A DNA stretch of 64,000 nucleotides from an uncultured Verrucomicrobiae bacterium (GTDB lineage Bacteria > Verrucomicrobiota > Verrucomicrobiia > Limisphaerales > Palsa-1400). Positions 33,415-41,282 of this stretch are shown one piece after another. Every line of letters starts with the position of its first letter. The first letter of the stretch is position 1. The position numbers and the translations under genes are program-made. A model generated the notes under the pieces. It was not told where the DNA came from. It saw only the letters and a list, made by a program, of their open reading frames with translations, and did no database searches. The stretch is from positions 23,236-87,235 of the forward strand of contig CAWFAZ010000079.1 of the NCBI GenBank assembly GCA_963813995.1. The letters run 5' to 3'.

Positions 33415-33489
33415 TGCCTCGTGGCATAATCAGGAGCGCGCCGGTCTCTGACACCGGAGAACCTGGAGCAAAACCAGGCGGGGCAGCCA
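33415..33489 (+). tRNA. tRNA-like unit 23, anticodon CUG (Gln) with U1-A72 and G73, T-loop AGCAAAA
   Basis: Acceptor tgcctcg/cggggca; anticodon arm ccggt-ctCTGac-accgg (33448-33450); T arm cctgg-agcaaaa-ccagg; G73; CCA. The D stem is poorly defined. Confidence 0.6.
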
Positions 33490-33527
33490 GCCTTCGCCTC
33501 GCGGCTGCGGCTCGGCAAGCCAATTTC
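33487..33527 (+). repeat. Conserved ~40-nt motif, copy 3
   Basis: ccagccttcgcctcgcggctgcggctcggcaagccaatttcc. It overlaps the CCA of unit 23. Confidence 0.7.
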
Positions 33528-33566
33528 CCATCGTGCGCAGACACCAACAAAGAACAAACACCGGAA

Positions 33567-33652
33567 GAAAGTGCGGAATGCAGAGTGCAGAGTGGAAAGT
33601 GCGTCATGGAACGCGGCGCTCGTCTTCATTCTGCACTCCGCATTCCAAACTC
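33567..33652. repeat. Empty copy of the long purine/pyrimidine hairpin, just upstream of the HNH gene
   Basis: gaaagtgcggaatgcagagtgcagagtggaaag ... cttcattctgcactccgcattccaaactc. Confidence 0.7.
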
Positions 33653-33664
33653 TTGACTGAATTT

Positions 33665-34249
33665 ATGAACGACATACTGAACAAGTCGATGGTGCTGGTG
33701 CTGAACCGTAACTGGCAGGCCGTCAACGTCCGCACGCCACAGGAGGCCTTCTGCATGATGGCGACGAACGTGGCGACCGGCCTGGAAATCGAAGGCGAAA
33801 ACCACATCCGTCCCGTGATCTGGAACGAGTGGATCACTCTGCCCATTCGTCCGCAGGACAATGCGGTGCGAACCGTCCGCGGCCCGATTCGTGTGCCCAC
33901 GGTGATCGTGGCGGTGAATTACGCCAGGGTGCCGAAGAAGCGCCCGAAGCTGTGCGCCCGCGCCATTCGCGAGCGCGATAGCAACCGCTGTCAATACACC
34001 GGCCGCGTGCTGCGCCAGGGCGAGGGCAGCATTGACCACGTTGTGCCTCGTTCGCGCGGCGGCAAGAACGCTTGGGAGAATCTGGTTTGGGCCGGCAAAG
34101 ACGTAAACGCGCGCAAGGGCAACCGACTGCCACACGAGGCCGGCTTGAAGCTGCTCTCGGTGCCGCGCGCGCCGAAGGAACTGCCGGCGACGGCGATCAT
34201 TCGCAACGCTCACGGAATTCCTGAATGGAAACTGTTTGTGCAGCACTGA
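33665..34249 (+). CDS. HNH endonuclease
   Basis: ATG at 33665. MNDILNKSMVLVLNRNWQAVNV... and RCQYTG...IDHVVPRSRGGKNAWENLVWAGKDVNARKGN form the HNH motif. A GC hairpin (34252-34282) follows the stop. Confidence 0.85.
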   Translation: MNDILNKSMVLVLNRNWQAVNVRTPQEAFCMMATNVATGLEIEGENHIRPVIWNEWITLPIRPQDNAVRTVRGPIRVPTVIVAVNYARVPKKRPKLCARAIRERDSNRCQYTGRVLRQGEGSIDHVVPRSRGGKNAWENLVWAGKDVNARKGNRLPHEAGLKLLSVPRAPKELPATAIIRNAHGIPEWKLFVQH

Positions 34250-34723
34250 AGACTGTTGGGCCGCCTGCCTGTGGCGGCCCAACAATTGAAATCAAGAAGC
34301 GTGTCTTTGGCTCTTGGCTCCGCTCCAATACCGTTAAATGTGGTTCATTTTCATTACGGCCCGTCTGTTCATCTTCCTCAGCTTCCAACTCCGCCTCGCG
34401 GCGGCGCTGTCGAGGCCGTGTTCCGTCGTGAACAACCTGATTCGACGAGTGGGACTTTCACCCGCGTTGCAATCAACTTCACTGGCGCAACCTCACCATT
34501 TCTTGGCAATTCTTTGCCTTAAATTGCGCGATATCATGGAGTTGAGGCTCAAACCGACCACTTTTTCATTTTTAGTGACTTTTATTTAATTTTCGGTTGA
34601 CTTGTTTTGGCATATCGGCATAAACAGGGCATGTATCAGGAGAAGCCCGATTTTCTCAATGGTGCTCTTCCTGCCAACTGTTCGCGAATTAGTGGTCCGT
34701 TAAAAATAAAGAAAAAGATTACT

Positions 34724-37700
34724 ATGAGAGCAACACTTTTCTGCCGGGTTCTGACGTTTGCAATGATACCTGCCATGACCCAAGTGACGGCATTGGCCAA
34801 CCCTTTGGGCGGCGCGGTTGTTTCGGGGAGTGCCGCCATTGGCTATTCCAGCACCGCTGTCAACATCAACCAGAACAGCGCTCGGGCTATAATTGACTGG
34901 GCTTCTTTTAATATTGCTGCTGGCGAAAGCACATCCTTTCATTTTTTAGGTCGGAGCGGGGCCAACAGCGCTGTTCTCAACGAGGTCAGCGCCAGTGCCG
35001 GGCAGTCATTTATAAACGGCCTGCTCAACTCTTATGTCGGCGCCGGAAACAGCAAAATTGGCGGCAGTGTTTATGTGCTCAACCCCAATGGCATTCTCTT
35101 TGGCTCGCAAGGCTCGGTCAATGTTGGAAGTTTCGTTGGAACAACGCTTTCCATTGACAATCACTCTTTTATGGCGGGGGGAAACCTCACCTTGGGCAGC
35201 GCGAATTTGAGCGGCGATTCAACGGCGGCCATTCAGAATCAGGGACAGATTAATGCGCTTGGCGGGGACATATTCCTGGTCGCTCAACAAGTTGAAAATG
35301 ATGGCAGTCTCAGCGCCAACCATGTGGGGTTGGCCGCCGGTTCATACGTGCAACTCAATCAGGCGGGGCTTCCTGGCGGGCAACACATTTCGATCCTCGC
35401 GGGCAATCCATCAACTCCCGCCGCCACCGGCGTCGTGAATTCCGGCACTATTCAGGCGGTCACAGCCGAGTTGAAGGCGGCGGGCGGCAATATCTATGCC
35501 CTGGCCATTAACAACTCCGGCGTGGTCCGGGCCAACACCCTGACCGGCCAGGGCGGCCACATTTACTTGACTGCCAATGGCGGAAATATTCAAAACTCTG
35601 GAACTCTGTCGGCTTCCGGCGTCTCGGGCAAGGGCGGGTCCGTCATCGTCACTGGCGGCAACATTACTTTGGCTGGCGGCAGCGTGGTGAATGTCAGTGG
35701 CCAGACTGGCGGGGGCACGGCCCTGATCGGCGGTGGCCCTCACGGCACCGACCCGTCCGTGCAAGACGCCCGGCAAACCACCGTGGCGGCGGGCGCCAAC
35801 ATTATTGCCGATGCCGTGACAGATGGCAACGGCGGCAAAGTGGTCGTCTGGTCGGACGACACCAGTTTTGCCGGTGCCATCAGTGCTCGCGGCGGCGCGA
35901 ATGGCGGCAACGGCGGATCAGTCGAAGTTTCCGGCCACTACCTGTCCTTTACTGGTTCGGTCAATACGCTGGCGCCGCATGGCAAAGCTGGAACTCTTCT
36001 CCTCGATCCAGATGACCTGATCATTAACAACGCTGACAATAACAGTGGTCCTGTCCCCCCCCCTACGACGTTTGAGCCCAGTGGCCTCGCTTCGACGATT
36101 TCTTGGAGCACCATCACTGGCCCTGGCGGTCTGGGTTCGGGCAACGTTACGGTCACCACTACGGCATTCACGGGGCCGGATAACGGTGACCCGGGGAACG
36201 GGACGATCACGGTCGGCGCCGCATCCTCCGGTTTGGCCACCAGCGCCGGCCATAATCTGACGATTAATGCTGCTAACAATCTGATCGTCAACTTCGCTAT
36301 TAACGATACTGGAACAGGGAATTTGACCCTGCAAAGTGGCGGGGCTGTAAGTCTTAATGCGACCGTGACGGGCAGCACCGTGACGCTCAATGGCGCTGTC
36401 ACAGGCTCCAGCCTGTTGACTGCCACGACTCTGAATTTGCAGGGCAGCGGCGCTGTTGGGGCGACTGGCGCGGGCAACGCGCTCAACACCACTGTCAGCG
36501 ACATCGTGCTGGGCAAGAGTGGCGGCAATAGTTTTATCAATCAAACCGCAGGTACGCCGGTGGACATTGGCGGGACGACCGGCGGCGGCAACCTGACTTT
36601 GACATCCGGGGCGGCAACGGTGGATGGGGTGGCCAACCTGACCGCCACCGGCGGGACGGTGACGTTTGTCAACAGCGGAGCGTTGACCGGGAGCGGGCTT
36701 GTGACGGCGGCCACGTTGAATCTGGACGGCAGCGCCAATGTGGGCGCGACCGGGGCTGGCAACGCGCTGAACACGACGGTGGGCACCATCAGCCTGGGTG
36801 AGACAGCTTCGGCCAACAACTGGATCAACCAGAATGCGGCCACACCCGTGGACATTGGCGGGACGACCGATGGCGGCAACCTGACTTTGACATCCGGGGC
36901 GGCCACGGTGGATGGGGTGGCCAACCTGACCGCGACCGGCGGGACGGTGACGTTTGTCAACAGCGGGGCGTTGACCGGGAGCGGGCTTGTGACGGCGGCT
37001 ACGTTGAATCTGGACGGCAGCGCCAATGTGGGCGCAACCGGGGCCGGCAACGCGCTGAACACGCAAGTGAGTACCATCAGCCTGGGTGAGACAGCTTCGG
37101 CCAACAACTGGATCAGCCAGAATGCGGCCACGGCAGTGGACATTGGCGGGACGACCGATGGCGGCAACCTGACTTTGACATCCGGGGCGGCCACGGTGGA
37201 TGGGGCGGCGAATCTGACCGCGACCGGCGGGACAGTGACGTTTGTCAACAGCGGGGCGTTGACCGGGAGCGGGCTTGTGACGGCGGCTACGTTGAATCTG
37301 GACGGCAGCGCCAATGTGGGCGCAACCGGGGCCGGCAACGCGCTGAACACGCAAGTGAGTACCATCAGCCTGGGTGAGACAGCTTCGGCCAACAACTGGA
37401 TCAGCCAGAATGCGGCCACGGCAGTGGACATTGGCGGGACGACCGATGGCGGCAACCTGACTTTGACATCCGGGGCGGCCACGGTGGATGGGGCGGCGAA
37501 TCTGACCGCGACCGGCGGGACAGTGACGTTTGTCAACAGCGGGGCGTTGACCGGGAGCGGGCTTGTGACGGCGGCTACGTTGAATCTGGACGGCAGCGCC
37601 AACGTGGGCGCGACCGGGGCCGGCAACGCGCTGAACACGACGGTGGGCACCATCAGCCTGGGTGAGACAGCTTCGGCCAACAACTGGATCAGCCAGAATG

Positions 37701-40700
37701 CGGCCACGGCAGTGGACATTGGCGGGACGACCGATGGCGGCAACCTGACTTTGACATCCGGGGCGGCCACGGTGGATGGGGCGGCGAATCTGACCGCGAC
37801 CGGCGGGACAGTGACGTTTGTCAACAGCGGGGCGTTGACCGGGAGCGGGCTTGTGACGGCGGCTACGTTGAATCTGGACGGCAGCGCCAATGTGGGCGCA
37901 ACCGGGGCCGGCAACGCGCTGAACACGCAAGTGAGTACCATCAGCCTGGGTGAGACAGCTTCGGCCAACAACTGGATCAGCCAGAATGCGGCCACGGCAG
38001 TGGACATTGGCGGGACGACCGATGGCGGCAACCTGACTTTGACATCCGGGGCGGCCACGGTGGATGGGGCGGCGAATCTGACCGCGACCGGCGGGACAGT
38101 GACGTTTGTCAACAGCGGGGCGTTGACCGGGAGCGGGCTTGTGACGGCGGCTACGTTGAATCTGGACGGCAGCGCCAACGTGGGCGCGACCGGGGCCGGC
38201 AACGCGCTGAACACGACGGTGGGCACCATCAGCCTGGGTGAGACAGCTTCGGCCAACAACTGGATCAACCAGAATGCGGCCACACCCGTGGACATTGGCG
38301 GGACGACCGATGGCGGCAACCTGACTTTGACATCCGGGGCGGCCACGGTGGATGGGGCGGCGAATCTGACCGCGACCGGCGGGACAGTGACGTTTGTCAA
38401 CAGCGGAGCGTTGACCGGGAGCGGGCTTGTGACGGCGGCCACGTTGAATCTGGACGGCAGCGCCAACGTGGGCGCGACCGGGGCCGGCAACGCGCTGAAC
38501 ACGACGGTGGGCACCATCAGCCTGGGTGAGACAGCTTCGGCCAACAACTGGATCAGCCAGAATGCGGCCACGGCAGTGGACATTGGCGGGACGACCGATG
38601 GCGGCAACCTGACTTTGACATCCGGGGCGGCCACGGTGGATGGGGCGGCGAATCTGACCGCGACCGGCGGGACAGTGACGTTTGTCAACAGCGGGGCGTT
38701 GACCGGGAGCGGGCTTGTGACGGCGGCTACGTTGAATCTGGACGGCAGCGCCAATGTGGGCGCAACCGGGGCCGGCAACGCGCTGAACACGCAAGTGAGT
38801 ACCATCAGCCTGGGTGAGACAGCTTCGGCCAACAACTGGATCAGCCAGAATGCGGCCACGGCAGTGGACATTGGCGGGACGACCGATGGCGGCAACCTGA
38901 CTTTGACATCCGGGGCGGCCACGGTGGATGGGGCGGCCAACCTGACCGCGACCGGCGGGACGGTGACGTTTGTCAACAGCGGGGCGTTGACCGGGAGCGG
39001 GCTTGTGACGGCGGCTACGTTGAATCTGGACGGCAGCGCCAACGTGGGCGCGGCCGGGGCCGGCAACGCGCTCAACACGACGGTGGGCACCATCAGCCTG
39101 GGTGAGACAGCTTCGGCCAACAACTGGATCAGCCAGAATGCGGCCACGGCAGTGGACATTGGGGGAACGACCGATGGCGGCAACCTGATTTTGACATCCG
39201 GGGCGGCAACGGTGGATGGGGCGGCCAACCTGACCGCCACCGGCGGGACGGTGACGTTTGTCAACAGCGGGGCGCTGACCGGGAGCGGGCTTGTGACGGC
39301 GGCCACGTTGAATCTGGACGGCAGCGCCAATGTGGGCGCGACCGGGGCCGGCAACGCGCTCAACACGCAAGTGAGTACCATCAGCCTGGGTGAGACAGCC
39401 CTGGCCAACAACTGGATCAACCAGACTGCGGCCACAGCAGTGGACATTGGCGGGACGACCGATGGCGGCAACCTGACTTTGACATCCGGGGCGGCCACGG
39501 TGGATGGGGCGGCCAACCTGACCGCCACCGGCGGGACGGTGACGTTTGTCAACAGCGGGGCGCTGACCGGGAGCGGGCTTGTGACGGCGGCCACGTTGAA
39601 TCTGGACGGCGGCGGCAGTGTGGGAGCGACTGGCGCGGGCAACGCGCTCAACACCACTGTCAGCGACATCGTGCTGGGCAAGAGTGGCGGCAATAGTTTC
39701 ATCAATCAAACCACAGGCACGGCGGTGGACATTGGCGGGACGACCGGCGGCGGCAGCGTGACTTTGACCGCGGGAGCGACGACGGTGAACACCGCGGCAT
39801 TGAACGCTGGCGCGGGCAACGTGACGTTGAACACGACAACATTGGCCCTGGGCCAGAATGTCAGTGGCGCAACAGTGACACTGAATAACAGCAGCACCGC
39901 GACAATCAATGCCGCTCTGAGCGGAATCACCACGCAACTGGCCATCACAGGCACAGGCACGTTGCAGGTGAACAATACGATTTCAGCAGGGTCGCTCAAT
40001 GATGGCGAGGCCACGACACTCAATGGAACCGGCGGCAGCCAGATTATCACCACGACCGGCGGGGACCAGAACTACACGGGCACTGTGAAATTGGGAGTCC
40101 CCACGACCTTGAACAGCGGGACGTTGGAACTTGGGGCGGTGACCGGGGGCGGCAACAGCCTGACTTTAAACAACACCGGGGTGGCGACGTTGAGCGGGAC
40201 GGAGAGCGGCATAGGCGTGTTGAGCGCCAGCGGGAGCGGAACCCTTGTGGTCAACAACAACCCATCGGCGGTGAGCGTGAGTGACACAGAAGGCACGACG
40301 CTCAACGGCACCGGCGTGACCACGACGGGGGGGATCAGAGTTACACGGGCACTGTGAAGCTGGGAGCCAATACGGCCTTGAACAGCGGGACAGTGGAACT
40401 TGGGGCGGTGACCGGAAGCGGCAAGAATCTGACTTTAAACAACACCGGGGTGGCGACGTTGAACGGGACGGAGAGCGGCATAGGCGTGTTGAGCGCCAGC
40501 GGGAGCGGAACCCTTGTGGTCAACAACAACCCATCGGCGGCGAGCGTGAGTGACACAGAAGGCACGACGCTCAACGGCACCGGCGTGACCACGACGGGGG
40601 ATCAGAGTTACACGGGCACTGTGACGCTGGGAGCCAATACGGCCTTGAACAGCGGGACGTTGGAACTTGGGGCGGTGACGGTGACCGGAGGCGCCAAGAA

Positions 40701-41250
40701 TCTGACTTTAAACAACACCGGCGTGGCGACATTGAGCGGGGCAGTCAACGGTGTTGGAATACTGACAGCTAGTGCGGGGGCGAAGGCTTCACTGGTGGTG
40801 GACAATGACATTTCGGCAGCATCATTCGTTGACATACAAAATACGACTTTCAACGGCCATGGCAGCTCGGAGACAGTGGCGACTATCGGCGGCGATCAAA
40901 CTTACGGCGATCAGACTCACCATGAATCCGCAATCTTTAATGTGCCCACGACCTTGACTGCAGACACTGTTATTCAGTATTCAACGTTTAGCGGTCGGTT
41001 TGTACCGAAGATCAACGGGCGCCTTGAGACCCTTCTTGGTGTCTACTATGATAGTGACGATGATCTCGTTGCTCAGAGTGGTAACGGCATTGTCCTTCTT
41101 GAGGATGTAATTAAAGGCATCTTTGGGACGATGGCAGAACAAGTTCAAACGCCCAGCACCGTCGGGGGCGAGGTTTCACCAGAAAAGCCATACGTTCCGC
41201 CCGGCGCTCATTTGAAACGCAGCGGAGAAGTTCCGATGTTGTCCAAGTAA
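34724..41250 (+). CDS. Giant TpsA-type exoprotein (filamentous haemagglutinin N-terminal TPS domain + repeats), reading frame broken at a G7 tract
   Basis: A signal peptide MRATLFCRVLTFAMIPAMTQVTALA, then a TPS domain (NINQNSARAIIDWASFNIAAGESTSFHF...VLNEVSASAGQSFINGLL...VYVLNPNGILFG). ORF 34607..40357 stops just after the G7 run at 40327-40333. ORF 40354..41250 continues the same repeat in another frame. Confidence 0.85.
36541..39708 (+). repeat. Eleven tandem, near-identical 288-bp (96-aa) coding repeats inside the TpsA gene
   Basis: gtggacattggcggg recurs at 36560, 36848, 37136, 37424 ... with an exact 288-nt period. The repeat unit is ...VDIGGTTDGGNLTLTSGAATVDGAANLTATGGTVTFVNSGALTGSGLVTAATLNLDGSANVGATGAGNALNT.VSTISLGETASANNWISQNAAT.. 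Confidence 0.95.
40075..40880 (+). repeat. Three tandem ~267-bp (89-aa) repeats in the C-terminal part of TpsA. The first-to-second spacing is 269 bp because of the G7 tract.
   Basis: cacgggcactgtga occurs at 40075, 40344 and 40611. The paralogous position has acgggggatcag (G5) at 40596-40600 versus acgggggggatcag (G7) at 40327-40333. Confidence 0.9.
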
Positions 41251-41282
41251 AGTAAACGACCCATGCTCACTAAAATAGGAAT

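Noticed and set aside
36541-39708. Regular 288-bp repeats as a possible CRISPR array
   Set aside because: There is no short repeat/unique spacer structure. The whole unit repeats, it is in frame and it encodes a coherent beta-helix-like protein repeat.
35918-39937. Very long minus-strand ORFs (1339 aa and 1054 aa) across the TpsA repeat region
   Set aside because: They are antisense to a gene with a clear TPS domain and coherent repeat protein. Their translations are low-complexity Arg/Pro/Gly or Pro/Val/Ala strings that simply mirror the 288-bp repeat. This is a typical GC-rich antisense artefact.
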